From assembly GCF_028641065.1 (NCBI RefSeq), contig NC_073396.1:372001-436000 (forward strand): a DNA stretch of 64,000 nucleotides, in the 5' to 3' direction. Made by a program: the position numbers and the translations under genes. The notes beneath the pieces are model-generated. The model was not told the DNA's origin and made no database searches. It was given only the letters and a program-made list of their open reading frames with translations. This document shows, in pieces, positions 37,076 to 50,984 of this stretch. The DNA comes from Leucoraja erinacea (lineage: Eukaryota). Numbering within the stretch: position 1 is the first letter of the stretch; the number at the start of each line of letters is the position of its first letter.

Positions 37076-39061
37076 ACTTTCATTTTACCCCATCAGTTGT
37101 TTTTCCGATTCCTTTGACCAATATTGTTTCTGGTGAGAACACATCGTATTAGCTGTGTTTTGCTACTGGAATTGTTGACTGATTATCTGTGAGAGAGCAG
37201 AGAGGTTATTAGGTTAAATTAAATCACGAAAACCCCACGTAGAATTTAAATTATTTTACCATAACACCAAATTAATAAATATACAATGCATAAAATGTCA
37301 TTTGTTATCAAACTCAGCTCATACTGGGAGCAACATATAAATATTAAACCTACAATTCAATGTTAACTGATCATTTAAAAAAAATGGAATTCTTATTTTT
37401 ATTTCCAGAAACTATAATGTGAAAGCACCTATTTATAATTATATCTGATAAATGGCTTTAGACAGAGCTTATTGATTGTCTGAATGGTAAAGGACAAAAA
37501 TACGTAAAATAAAATTTGAAATTAGTGGTGAAAAGTCACTCGATGTGACATGACCTGTTCTTTCAGCTCAACATATTAGCATTATAAGTGTGGTCTCAGA
37601 TCAAGGCTCAGGTGTGCTATTTGCCAATTGACAATGAGCCAGAGCTAGCTGTCTAAATGAATCAAGGATCTTGGCATCCATCTGGAGAGGAACGGGACTG
37701 GGCTGTTTGAACTGGTCACGATAGAACTGCTTGGAATGCAAAGGATTTTAAACTTGGAAGCAGAATACCCAGAACCTGTTAAAGCAGCCAGCTCTGCTAA
37801 ATAAGACCAAGAGATTAGATTAGTGCAAGCATCGTTAAATATTCAAATGCTCAAGATGATAAATGTCATCCTGGACAATGTCATTGTAGACGTAAAGATT
37901 ATAGACAAACCACCTTGGTTTTTAGCTGAATGTGCACTTGAATAAACAATTAAATGTATACTTACTTCCTACCTTCAAGCCCATTTGTAACAGGTTCATC
38001 GGCTCCAGGTTATTTTGAGTTCTATATTTTTTAGAAACCACATCAATGCTGCTGGAATTATTATTTCAACAGAGCAATGTGGAAGATGGATCTCCAGTTC
38101 CAATTACTTTTCAAATGCACAACTTTCATGATATTTTTTGCTGCAATCTTTTGTTTTCAGCTGATGATTCAGTTCATAATAGTCTCAAAAGTAAAAGGAG
38201 GGGTAAAACACACTTCAAAACTAATTGGAAGGTGATGGGAAAGGGCAGCACACTGTGCCACAGCAGTCTGTGCAGGTGAGACACACAATAGACAATAGGT
38301 GCAGGAGGAGGCCATTCAGCCCCTCGAGCCTCCTGGATGCAGGGCTGAATTTCACCCGGTGCAGTCCATGCAGTGATTGCATGTTCTCTCGGTGACAGTG
38401 TGGGCTCCCACAACCTGCTCTGGTTTCATCTCACATCCAAAAGATAAGTTGAATTGAATACTTTATTGTCACATGCTTGCATACCTAAGGTAATCGCCCA
38501 TAAAGGTCGGTGACAAAGTAATCTCGCCAGTCCCCCATTGTTCTTCCCACCCCCCCTCATGGCAACCTCCCCCCCCCCCCCCCCCCATGCCGCCGGTCCT
38601 CCTTCCCCGGGCAGCGCCGTCCACACTTCCACGTGTCCGTCCCCGTCTGTCGGTCGGCACCATCGCCACCGGGTCCGTACGCACTGACCCGGGCCCCAGC
38701 CGCAGGCTCCATCGACCCACAAGGCCTGGGCTCCGACCCACAACCCTACTATGTTGGTTGGTTGAATGACAACTGTAACTTGTCCCTTGCTACAGGCTAA
38801 TGGCAAAAATAATCAAAAGGATGGCAACAAATGGCCAAATAGCCGATTCTGTGTCATCACATGTCTCAGATAAGACCAAGTTGTGGAAATGAGACCAATA
38901 CTGTTGTCTCCTTCAATGGACTTGCATGTGAGGGGTGGGGGGGGCTGAATGTTCTCATTTTCTGCAGCTAACAATTTAGTGATTATAACAAAGGGGCCAG
39001 TGTTTGAAGGATGGTTCAGCCTGAACTACAAGTGAGCAACCAACGCTATTCAGTTCAAGAC

Positions 39062-39253
39062 AGACACAAAATGCTGGAGTAACTCAGCGAGACAGGCAGC
39101 ATCTCTGGAGAGAAGGAATGGGTGATGTTTCAAGCCGAGACCCTTCTTTGAAACGTCACCCATTCCTTCTCTCCAGAGATGCTGCTTGTCCCGCTGAGTT
39201 ACTCCAGCATTTTGTGTCTATCTTCGGTGTAAACCAGCATCTGCAGTTCCTTC
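39062..39253. mobile_element. Palindromic Penelope-derived element (72-bp arms, 14-nt loop)
   Basis: 39062-39133 versus reverse complement of 39148-39219: 3 mismatches. Confidence 0.9.
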
Positions 39254-39439
39254 CTATGCTATTCTGTTCAAAGCAGCCTGCAGGACTGATTCTCCATCCA
39301 CCTGCTTGACCATTCATACCATACAGTATGGACACACAATGGCAGCAGAGTGGCATTCACAAGGTGTACCGACCGCACCAGCTCCCTCAGGTCACATGTG
39401 CCATCTTCAAGGGCCGGGATTAGAAGACACACGAGGATG

Positions 39440-39945
39440 CACTATCTTTGTCAGCTGCTCTACATCGGTGAGACCAAGCATAGGCTTGACGATCGCTTCA
39501 CCCAACACCTCCGCTCGGTTCGCATTAAACCAACCTGATCTCCCGGTGGCTCAGCACTTCAACTCCCCCTCCCATTCTGAATCCGACCTTTCTGTCCTGG
39601 GCCTCTTCCACGGCCAGAGTGAGGCCCACCGCAATTTGGAGGAGCAGCATCTCATATTTTGCTTGGGTAGTTTACACCCCAGCGGTATGAACATTGACTT
39701 CTCCAATTTCCTTGCTTTCTCCCTCCTTCCCCTCCCCTTCCCAGCTCTCCCACAGCCCACTGTCTCCACCTCTTCCTTTCTTCTTCCCACCCATCCCCCC
39801 CACCCCCACATCAGTCTGAAGAAGGGTCTCGACCCAAAATGTCACCTATTCCTTCACTCCATAGATGCTGCCTCACCCGCTGAGTTTCTCCAGCATTTTT
39901 GTCTACCTTCGATTTTTCCAGCATCTGCAGTTTCTTTCTTAAACA
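39440..39945 (+). mobile_element. Penelope-like retroelement fragment: GIY-YIG endonuclease C-terminus plus 3'UTR
   Basis: CQLLYIGETKHRLDDRFTQHLRS, frameshift, then PVAQHFNSPSH...EEQHLIFCLGSLHPSGMNIDFSNF; CTGAAGA core at 39816. Confidence 0.9.
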
Positions 39946-39994
39946 CACCATCTTTCTGTTCATCTCCTACAACATGTTGCCTTGTGAACTTAAA

Positions 39995-40945
39995 GGTGGC
40001 ACAGTGGCGCAGCAGTAGAGTTGCTGCATTACTTTCCCTGTCTCCATCTATAGTGTGGATATGCAGTTTACCAAGGAGCACAAATACCTCGGAGTTTACC
40101 TGGACGGTAAACTGGACTGGTCCAGGAACGCTGAGGCCCGGTACCAGAAGGGAGAGAGCCGCCTGTGCTATTTGAGAAGGTTCTGCTCCTTCAACATCTG
40201 CTATAGGATGCTGCAGAAGTTCTACCAATTGGTGGTAGCCAGTGCCATCTTCTTTGCTGCCATGTGCTGGGGCAGCAGGGTGAAGGCTGCGGACACCAAC
40301 AGGACCAACAAACTCCTCAGGAAGGCCGGCTCTGTCCTGGGGGCGGAGTTGAATTCATGGGGAGATGGTCTTAGAGGGGAGGAAGCTCCTCAAACTGTGG
40401 AGCATCCTGGACAATACAGCTCACCTCCTCCATGACACACTGGTCAACCTGAGGAGCACCTTCAGCAACAGACTGGTTCCACCACAATGCAGCACAGAAC
40501 GCCACAGGAGATCCTTCTTCCCTGTGGCTATCAAACTGTGTACAACTCCCCCCCCCCCCCCCCTCCCTTCTGTCGTGGGGTAGACTGAGACTGACTCCCC
40601 TCCCCAATCTTTGCACATCCCCAATCCTTGCACTCATCACTTTAATTTCCTGTTTCATGACTGTTGGCAGATCAATTTCCCTCCTGGGATAAATAAAGTT
40701 CTATTGTATCGTATCATTACAGCGCCAGAGACCCGGGTTCAATCATGACTATGTCTGTTCGGAATTTGTACGTTCTCCCCGTGACTGCGTGGGTTTTCCT
40801 ACGGGTGCTCCAGTTTCCTCACACATTCCAAAGACGTGCAGGTTTAGTGGTTAAATTGCCCCTAATGTGTAGGGTGCGATTGTTGGTCGGTGCGGACTCA
40901 GTGGGCTGAAGGACCTGTTTCCATACTCTATCTCTAAACTAAACT
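39995..40945 (+). mobile_element. tRNA-SINE interrupted by a Rex/Babar-type LINE fragment (about 40033-40714)
   Basis: SINE head ...gttgctgcattac resumes cattacagcgccagagacc at 40715; insert encodes HKYLGVYLDGKLDWS..SRLCYLRRF..RSFFPVAIKL. Confidence 0.88.
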
Positions 40946-42875
40946 AGACTTAATTACTGCTGGAAGTAACTCAGCGGGACAGGCAGCATCTCCAGACAGA
41001 AGGAATGAGTGACGTTTCAGGTCGACACCCTTCTTACCACTCACACAGCAATGACGGCAACTGTTCAAGATAGATCATCGCCAAGTTCCTACGAGCAAGC
41101 ACTGTTGAGCAACAAATGATTTTCTTGCTCAGGGACCACAAGTGAAATGATGTTAATGTCAGGCTGCCATCAGTGCAGCAGCTAGACAGTAACGAGATCC
41201 AGGACCAAGGAACATATGCAGTGCGTCCTGCAGAGCCAAGCCGCTATGGGCATGAGGTGATTGCTATGGATCTTGCTAAATGACCCAGAGCAAGACCTCT
41301 TCTGTGCACCATTAGTTTATAGCAGATTGGAAAAGCTGCTGGTCTGTGTGATGGACTGCACTACATCCACATGGAGATCCACAATGTAATCATTAACCAT
41401 TTTAGTATGTGGAATGCTGCTTAATTTTGTCATGAATAATTTTCCATTCTTCCTCATTGGCGATGATAACCATTTTAAAGTGGGTTATTGAATACAAATT
41501 AGGTAGGGCTTACTGGGATTTTCTTAACATTTACAAAAAACATTTGTTTGCTTTTGCAAATTCACGCTATAAACCTACACTTCTTCAGTGGAAATGAATA
41601 AGATAAACTCATTTATACAAGTTGTTTGGTTCATCTCCCTGGAGACATGGCAGCGACAAGCTGGGCAGAAGCCAGAGTCTGATATCACGCTAGAACAATG
41701 TGCTCATTGAACAGCTCTGTGTTTCTCTTTGTAAGAATGATCGTTGCATACTCTGTGCAACATGTTTTGTGATTTATAGTCCAGCTAACATGCATTTAGT
41801 CAAATACAATAAGAACATGAGTCAGCTCGCAAATATGGATTGAAAGAATATTAGAGTAACAAGTAATAAATCGAGATCAAGATAATAATAATAATGAAAC
41901 TATGGCAAACCAGATACTCTAGAACGAGGTTATGACTGCATTTTTATAGCATAGTCTTCAAAGTCGTCTCCAACTAAGTCGCCCTTTACCTTGAACATAA
42001 GATCTTGGATATAAAACGTTATACTACATGAGCTTGTGAGAAATTATACAGTGTTGCCCACGATACACAGATGATCAACAGTGTAAGATTATGTTTACTC
42101 CTTCCAATATCTAGGCTACCATAAAGTTCCCTTTTACTGTGAGTGTGAAAATTGACCACAATATGCAAAGTTAATATACTCTGCCTACACAGGTCCACAT
42201 TTACTATGCCAGATGTACACTGTACTTCACTGCAGATGGACATAATTTAAGAGTCTTGGGAGTTTTATGTTGCGGTTTTATGGTACATTAAAACAATTTT
42301 ATTAAAATGTTTCTAAATGAATAGCACAGGCACATAGGCACGGTGGGGTTTGTTTCCAAACAATCTCTCACATTGGTTTTATAGGGCACATGATTATTGA
42401 ACTCTTTTCACAGCAGCAGTAGAATAACCAAAGAATAGTTTCTTGACATTTTTAAAAGAAAAATAAAGATAATTTTAAAAACCATTCATTGAACAAATCA
42501 AACTAACTAGACGATTGTTGCAGAATATTATGTGCAACTTTAAACTGCAGGAACCGACTCTCAATAGAATTGATGATTTATAGTTTCAAGCCTAATTTAT
42601 TCCACATGTTTTCAGCCCACATGGAATGCAATGCTTCTCAGAAATGCCAAGCAAATTCATTTTACTCAATAAAAAATAGATTTATGAACGTAATAACATT
42701 CTCTATTGTTTGTAGTGTCAATAATGACTTATTTAGTGCACTAAAAAAGTGTGAGTTTTGTAAAGAATGAGGTATACATTAATTTATTTGCAGTACACCT
42801 CTTGGCATGAAAGCAAAACTTGACCCAAGTGTGGTAAGCTAGACTCCATGTAAAACTGCAAGATTAAATCTCCCT

Positions 42876-43015
42876 AGACACAACATGCTGGAGTAACTCA
42901 ACAGAACAGGCAGTATCTCCGGAGAGAAGGAATGGGTGATGTTTCGGGTCAAGACCCTTCTTCAAACTGAGAGTCAGGGGAGAGGGAGACAGAGATTGGG
43001 TGGTGTAAGGTGTGA
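42876..43015 (-). mobile_element. Penelope-type 3' end
   Basis: agacacaacatgctggagtaactca...gtttcgggtcaagacccttcttcaaactga. Confidence 0.75.
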
Positions 43016-43019
43016 AAAA

Positions 43020-43293
43020 AATCGATATTTTTTTAGTCCTAGTAGGTCGGCATGTTAGTCGTAGGTAATTGAGGGTAGTGGTAGATAGTCTTCATCAGTC
43101 GAAGGGAGGTCAAAGGGAGGTCAAAGGGAGGTCAAAGGGAGATCGAAGGAGATCGAAGGAGGTCGTCTTCACTCTCCACTATTCCGTGTCCAATTTTCCC
43201 GAAGTTAGCCGTAGCTCGTCTTCAACATGACATTTTTTTTTTCAAACTCCCCTGAACTCGCCAATTAGGTCGCCCAAGTGGGACAGCCCCTTA
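43020..43293. mobile_element. Partial Harbinger-like MITE (one TIR)
   Basis: Ends ccaagtgggacagcccc-ttaa, resembling the TIR at 32322-32339; internal 11-bp repeats (gtcaaagggag). Confidence 0.6.
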
Positions 43294-45504
43294 AGGATGT
43301 TTGCTTTTGATTCTGTAATGTTAATTCTATTTGCAACCTCTCAAAAAATAAAGCAGCCCATTTGTGTAAACAGTAAAACCTTGTTAAGAGCCAACCAGTT
43401 AGTCACATTCCACACGTTGTATTTTCTTTCCTTTGATGTCACTTCCAGTCTCTTGCCAGTATTTTGGAGATAGAGACAAGGTGATTGCCAGCAAGATGCT
43501 GGGGGTTGTGCTGATAGAAAGCCTGGAGGTGCTTTGCAAAGTGATCAACCATTTGGACAGGGAATCCTCAGAAAGCCTGGAATTCCTTGACTTGAGTGGT
43601 TCATATCAGAGGGAGCAGGTTGGTCATGGAAGGCATTGTGATTGATGGTGGCATCATGCTGAAGGTCGGTATTTGCAAAAACTGATTGGAGGTGGGTGGA
43701 AAGGAAATTGAAAAGGAATCATATTCTTGCTGGAATGAGAAGGGAGGATGAGAAACATGTATCGGAGTCACAGAAAGATGCAGCACAGAAACAGGCTCTT
43801 TGACACACCGAGTACACACGGACCATCAAATTACTTTCATCCTATTTTTAAAGAATTTCACCACACTCTCATCAAATTTTCCTCAGATTGTAACACTCGG
43901 GGAATTCGTAGCTGCCACTTAACTAATCCAACAGATCTTTGGGATGTGGGAAACCAAAGCATCCGGAAGAAAGCCACGTGGTCACAGAGAAAACGTGCAA
44001 ACTCCACATACAGCATCCATGGTCATGGTTGAACCAAGGGCCAAGGCAGAAGCTCTACTATCTGTTGCCCGGACACAGCAAAAGGCTGCCGACTGTAGTG
44101 AAGGGGAAACCCTGGGAAGAAATGGAAAGGCACTTTGGAAGCACTGATTTTAAAGATGGTGTCATCAGAACACATGGAAACAGACGGAGAATTGGGAACA
44201 TGGAATAGAGTTCCTGCAGAAGCAAGATGGCCTTTTGTATTTTTATTTGTCAGATCTTCACGCACACACACACTCAGTCTGGCCACAGTAAAACTCTGAT
44301 AATCCACTGTCGTGCTACCTTTAAACTTACCCGGCTCTTGTTCCAACTCTCACTTCCTGGCCCCTTGTTTCCTCAGCCCCTTCTAACTTACTACGGTGGC
44401 TGGAAACATTATAATTCCACACTGTAACATTTGGAAACAACTGAATTAACAGACCAGACGACAAGCTGCTAGTCTGGCATCATGTGTGCCGGATTAACAA
44501 ACGACCTGATTACATGCGTTGCTGACAGTTTGTACCATCAGTAAATATGGAAATCTTACATAGAACTGAAACTCAGTCATACAAATAAATGCTTTAAAAA
44601 ATTTACATATTATTTAGGCTATTGTTAAAAATACATGCCAATGAGAGCAGAAAGAAGTAAACTGCTGTAGCATGTGGCTAAATGAAGATATTGTTAAACT
44701 TACAACATTAAATACAGGGTAGAGAACGAACCTCTGTTCAATTTATTGTATACTGCCCCCGGCAGCTACAGCTCAGAATTACATGTACATACTTTAAACT
44801 ACTTGAAGTTAAGTGGAGGTGTATTTTAATAACTACATTTTCCAAAAGACACAACAATAACATATTAAATAATTAGTTAAAGATTCAACATTTGCCTCTT
44901 GGCCACACACAATATTATTTTGTTGCAATTGTTCATTGTTAATGATCCTTTGAAATGTAAATTAAAATGAGCCGAGCTCCCCTTTATCATCTGTAATATA
45001 CTCCACTGCTGTATAAAAGATACAGAATTGATTCAGGTATGGCTTCCAGATTTTCTCATAAATAACTATTGTTAACTTAAATCCTGGCACTCAGTATGGA
45101 CAAGCAAACTGATAGCTATCTCTGAAATCATGACCTGAGATTAAAGTAGTGGTTAAAAACTCTTGATCAGTTTTTCCTTCTCTGACCCACTGCCCGGCTT
45201 GGATTAACTTGCCGAGCAGGACCTCAGAATGATTAATAACCAAACACTGAGGAATTCTACAGCTGATTCTGTGAGAATACATACACATCTCATCAGAACA
45301 TTCAGTCTATCATTTCTGGAGCTGTGGTGAATTGACCAAATGGATATGTCCTCAATATTTAAGCAGCAAGGGGCATTTATGCAAATGCAATGAATCATCA
45401 GATGGCAGTAACCACCAAGAATAAAGCCTGCACATATAGACACATTCACTTCCATGAGTGAAATAAACTGCAGGATTAATGTCAGTCAGTTGACATTAAA
45501 CTGT

Positions 45505-45510
45505 TTTATT
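45505..45510 (-). terminator. Candidate COQ7 polyadenylation signal (AATAAA)
   Basis: tttatt on the + strand about 60 nt past the stop codon; another at 44742-44747. Confidence 0.4.
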
Positions 45511-45567
45511 ATGTATGACAATCTATATTAGACTGTACGGAAAATCATTGATCCTGTGGGGGAAGTG

Positions 45568-45645
45568 TTAAATGCGTTCAGATATGTAGATGGCAGCCTT
45601 GCATCCAGCTTGGATTACATTCTTCAATAGCGAATAGGCAGGTGC
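45568..45645 (-). CDS. COQ7: COQ7 exon 5, terminal (APAYSLLKNVIQAGCKAAIYISERI*)
   Basis: 78 nt, tag acceptor, TAA stop at 45570-45568, typical COQ7 C-terminus. Confidence 0.97.
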   Translation of the reverse strand, partial: APAYSLLKNVIQAGCKAAIYISERI

Positions 45646-45931
45646 CTAAAAAAATAATTTAGAAGATTAGTAAATATGGGAAACATTTTACCAATTGGAT
45701 GAATATATACAAATTTCACAAATCTACTGACACATTGTTTTATCAGTTTATGTACATTCTTCAATGGATTTCTTTATATTCTGCAGTCTAGCCTGGCCTT
45801 TAATAAGTGCAGGTACACCATGTACTGAGCATGCATGTATGAATGTCCATGGGCCATTGCAGTCTCTTTCTGTTCAAATCTTTAGTCGCACATCTTGTGG
45901 ATGTGCCGACTTTCTTTTACTTTGTGATGAG

Positions 45932-46025
45932 GGGCAGCACAGCGGTAGAGTTGCTGCCCTACAGCGCCAAAGACCCGGGTTCAATCCTGACTACGGGTGC
46001 TGTCTGAACGGAGTGTCACGAGTTC
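45932..46025 (+). mobile_element. tRNA-SINE 5' fragment
   Basis: cagcggtagagttgctgccctacagcgccaaagacccgggttcaatcctgac. Confidence 0.8.
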
Positions 46026-46950
46026 CAGTCGATGTATTGGTATTGTGATGTAGGCAGGCAAACTGCTTCATGCTTCACATAGTCTGAGCCCGGATCCAAT
46101 GTAAAACAGCACCTGTCCTTACAGGAGCTGATCACTTTTAGTTTGGAGAAATACATGATGGAAACAGACCCTTTGCCCTACTGTGTCTATGCCGCTATCA
46201 CGCTACTTCCATTTCATCTCCAGTATCTCGCGTTTATGGAAGACTGACCTAAAGTCGACTGATCTCTCATGGAGTTGGTGCCTTCTTCTAAATCTGGGGG
46301 ATCTTAATTCCAAAAAGCACTGAGAAATGTCATTGTCTGGTTCTTCCAAACGCTCAACAAACTAAAATGGAAGTGGATGGAGTATATAAATATATATAGA
46401 TTCTAATTTGATTGAAGATTACAGAATGTTGCGAGACTTAGGGACATCTATTATACTGCTTTCATAGATTGTCACAAGGTTATTCATAACTAAATCCATA
46501 CAGGACTCCAGGAAAGACTGTAATCCAATATTTTAATTGGGACATGTATTTCAGCTCTAAACTTCATATCATCCTTCAAAAATGTTGGTTTTCATCACAA
46601 AGCAGAAATCCTGAATGACTTCTGCATTTATTTCTTAAGATTGTATTTCTGGAGAAAATAGGTGAATACGTTTTCAAGAGGACTGACCCAGGAAAAAAAG
46701 ATAGAACAAACAATATTTTACAACCAATTCTTTTTGCACAGAAAATTGTGATTTTAGTTGCACCAAAGGTAGAAATGCAGCTTTTCAACATCGTTGAATA
46801 AGATAAAGTTAAATTATCCTATTTTTCTGAATCACCATGGGGAAATTTTAGTCTTTTGGTATTGCCCATCCAAAGTCTAATTATCATCACTTCACCACTA
46901 TATGTCACAATTCCATGGTCTACCAGTAACTCTCTGATCCAGCAACTTAC

Positions 46951-47019
46951 CATTTCTGCCCCGTGAGCCAGTCCTGTGTCATGATGCTCCACCTCTTCAT
47001 CTCGGAATTTCCTCAACAC
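46951..47019 (-). CDS. COQ7: COQ7 exon 4 (VLRKFRDEEVEHHDTGLAHGAEM)
   Basis: 69 nt, cag/gtaagt, FRDEE.EHHD second ExxH motif. Confidence 0.97.
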
Positions 47020-48738
47020 CTGAAAGAAAGATACGGTCTTAAGTTCTAAGAGCAGAATTAGGCCATTCAGCCCATCGAGTCTACTCCACCACAACCCTGA
47101 CACCTTTACTAATCAAGAACCTGTCAATCTCTGCCTTAAAAATACCCAATAAATGCTCTTTACATCTCAGTAAAAAGGTAATCTATTTTGAGACTAAACT
47201 ACATTTTAATAACTCAAGACTGTAAATGCATAAAATCAAATATAATTATTAGGATAACTGTACCAATATTCTAGTGAGTTCAGGCCTCACCGTGTAGCAG
47301 CAGTCAGCTCAAGCCCTGACCAAGAATGTCTGAATTTGGTTGCAATACATATCCTATATCCTCCTGACTCCACAATGGACAACTCAGCCTCCTTTTGCTT
47401 ACAGTTTACAGAAAGATCAAAGCATGCACTCAACTAATCTTATGCATTCTGAACATGTTTAATTCATAAAATAATTACATAGCAATACACTCAAATTCAT
47501 TACATTTTGTATAGATAGATTATAACGCTTAAGTAAAATGGTAGCACCATTTATAACATCACATTTTTTAATATAAAAGTATTTGTTTCATTACATCTCA
47601 GTGTCACTGAGTACAGTGAAGTCACTGGAGATTAAGTCTACAAACAGAAAATATTCCATTACTTTGCCGTTTGTCTAGTTCTTGGACAACTTCAATAAAA
47701 ATACACATTATTGAGGCTCAAGGGCATTTCATTGTGTGACTCTGTCATGGTAAACATGAGTTATTCATATTGAGTAATCCTGCAGAAAGATCCTCAAAAC
47801 TACTTTGCCACCGAGACAAGACCATCATTTGCTGCATTGAAGTTTAACCTGCACTTTGATTCTTTTATTTTGACAACCTTAATTACAGTGCAAATATCAT
47901 GAGGAAAATAATCATGAAACGAGTCATTTTGGATGTTAAATGTATTGGAATGTATTTTAAGTGTATTAAAAAAAATCTTCACATTGAATAGTAACATTGA
48001 ACATTGGATACAGTATCGATAAAACTCCTAGAGCGCACCAAAACCCTGAAATGTTACTGTACCTGCACTATACCAATTATTTTATAAAAAATAAAATAAA
48101 AAGCATACACATACCTGATCAAGGTAAAGGATACAAGTGCTAAGAAAATGGGTAAGTATTGCACGTGTAATTCCACTTCACCAGGGACCACTTCATCACA
48201 AATACAGCCCAATATTCACATAGCTGCAAAAGTATCTTCCCTCCAGTCTAGCACAGTCCAGTCAGGTTAATGTTGAACCTGCAATCCCCACTTCAATTAT
48301 TACCAAGACTTACACCCTTTCAACCAATGTGCAATACTCAACCAAGAATGGGGATTCATGGTGATGGATGCTCATCATTCGATTTACTCCAGTTATTTTT
48401 ATTCACTGTGACTTTTATTTTAACTTCCAATAAGCCAAGGAATGGCAGGTATCCCTCGATTTATCCAACGGAAACTCTGTGAGGCTATAATACCTCTTGT
48501 TCACCCACACTACCCAATGCAGCTTGACTAAAACTAAAACTGCACACAACGCAGGAAATGTTGCAGAAAATCCAGGCAAATTCCATGGCGAACATTGAGA
48601 GAAGAATTGAAACTTACAATGATGTGTTTCAGAGATGGCTTAGATCATGGAGTTATTATACTATGTTAATATATTTAAATATGTCTGCACTATGACATAG
48701 ATTTAATTATCTTGCATAAATGGAAAAAAAATGCTTAC

Positions 48739-48878
48739 TTCAAGTAAATCTTTGTGTCCTTCTGGATCATCTTCCATTAACACCCTGATCTGATTGTTAT
48801 AATGCTGTGATATTGTTTCCTCCACTGCTACAGTACAGGCCATGGCACTCTCTTTCCCTAAAAGAGCTGTTCCAGCTC
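48739..48878 (-). CDS. COQ7: COQ7 exon 3 ([46 protein letters not shown])
   Basis: 140 nt, cag/gtaagc, [17 protein letters not shown] motif. Confidence 0.97.
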
Positions 48879-49507
48879 CTGTAAAAAGATGACAGAAAAT
48901 ACCCATTTATCATCAACCCAGTAATCCTGTATCATTTCAACAAACGCCAACAAAATACATACATCGGTGTATCAAAGGATTTACTGTTCTGTAATAGGTG
49001 TATCTGCCATTATATTAGGAAACCTTACATTGAATAAACCATATCACATGTTGTTCCAGAAATATAATGCATTTAAAAACTGAATATAATGCCACTTCTG
49101 GCAATTGCAATAATAACATTTGTAACGAGTGTTCGATTTCCATCTCTCCTCCGCTCTCAGAAACACACACACACACGTTCTCTCATGCACACATACATGT
49201 GTGCACAACCAACCACACACACAAACAAACTTGGAGAGCTCAAATGTCTCTGTTAAGCCTGAGGAAAAGAGGAGAATATTCCCTGAATAGGCACATTGCC
49301 AGCCGAGATAACACAATCCCATTGCCGCTCAGAAGCATAGATAGGTCAAAAATAGGTCAATATTTACAAACGATTGAAGATTTTAAAGTAAGAGTTTAGG
49401 AAGGAAATGAAGTTACAAAACAGAACTCAATGTGAAAATTACTAGTGCAAAACATGCATCTGGTTTTTGTAAATCAGCATTGGCGTTACTCTATGTTGGT
49501 TGAAGAA

Positions 49508-49925
49508 AGACGCAAAGTGCTGGAGTAACTCAGCGGGTCAGGCAGCATCTGTGGAGAACATGGATAGGTGACGTTTCACAGAGTGCTGGAGTAACTCAGC
49601 GGGTCAAGCAGCATCTGTGGAGAACATGGATAGGTGACGTTTTACAGAGTGCTGGAGTAACTCAGCGGGTCAGGCAGCATCTGTGGAGAACATGGATAGG
49701 TGACGTTTTACAGAGTGCTGGAGTAACTCAGTGGGTCAGGCAGCATCTGTGGAGAACATGGATAGGTGACGTTTCACAGAGTGCTGAAGTAACTCAGCGG
49801 GTCAGGCAGCATCTGTGGAGAACACGGATAGGTGATGTTTCACAGAGTGCTGGAGTAACTCAGCGCGTCAGGCAGCATCTGTGGAGAACATGAATAGGTG
49901 ACGTTTCAGATTGGGTCCCTTCTTT
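49508..49925 (-). repeat. 66-bp tandem array (6 units) derived from a Penelope-type 3' end, in COQ7 intron 2
   Basis: Same unit as the arrays at 11125, 23752 and 30375. Confidence 0.92.
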
Positions 49926-50492
49926 GGATGTTGATTAAATCTTACTTTGGCCATTTCCATTTTTGATTACATAAAATTCCAATAATCCAGCATCCTTGGT
50001 GTCAGACTGGCAGATTCTCGGGCCCAGTGCACATTTACTGTTGTACAATAGCTTTTCCAGTTTAGGCTTAGTTTAACCCACGTGTTGGAAACTGGGGCCA
50101 GTAACGTTAAAACGAGCATTGTAACACAGTCTTAGTGCATTTGAAGGGAGTGCATCAATGGGTCCCAACATGGGAAAAAGCAGTGTAGGTAACGGCATCA
50201 GATGAGGCAGATGCTGAACCATCTGAACAATAAGGTCGGGAATTATCTGAGTTACTGAGAAAAGCCAGCAGGAGATCAAAACATTCAGAAAGCCACCTGA
50301 GAAACTGGAGAAATCAGGAAGTCAAATTGTACGATGATATTATCTATCTGAAAAATGCAGCGACTGTAATACTGCAAAACAGTGACAGCAGTGAAAGACC
50401 TATTGAAATGAGGATCCTGCAGGTACTTGTGTGATTTCACTGCAACCCTTGATTGAGTGTGTAAGTGGATTGGAATAAATGATAGTATTTAC

Positions 50493-50607
50493 CCAACATG
50501 AAGCCTGCAACGTTCCAGATCGGCATCAGCAGGGTTGGTCGAACTCTGTGATCAACAATCAGTTCATTGAATTTTGCCAGATGCTCCTTTTCTTGATCCC
50601 ACATTTG
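50493..50607 (-). CDS. COQ7: COQ7 exon 2 ([39 protein letters not shown])
   Basis: 115 nt, tag/gtaaat, ExxH iron-ligand motif and RVRPT. Confidence 0.97.
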
Positions 50608-50984
50608 CTATAAAATGTTGATTTCTGTTATCTTTCTGAACAATAGATTTAGGCTTCCTAACATCTAAGCATTCTGCAGTTTATGCACATTATTTACTTT
50701 CGGAAGTACTGTAGATATTAATTTCCATTTTAAACAGTCAAAATTCAGCTGAATAATAGACTTTTATTTTACTAATAAGATATTACATTTAAACTAACTA
50801 AGTAATAGAGTATAGAAAGTTAGTGAACACAGCTGACATTATAAACACATTTTAATGTTAGCAATCACCAACATTGCAAAATCTGTTGTTCTGCAGAGTG
50901 TACTGTACAAGCCAATTAAAATGCAGCATTAATTAAACTGTATATCTCGCAAACTAAAGGAATTAGTGTGGAAAATTAGTGTGC

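Noticed and set aside
38334-38368. Quasi-palindrome TGGATGCAGGGCTGAATTTCACCCGGTGCAGTCCA
   Set aside because: Short and bulged, adjacent to repeat fragments; not enough to call an RNA gene.
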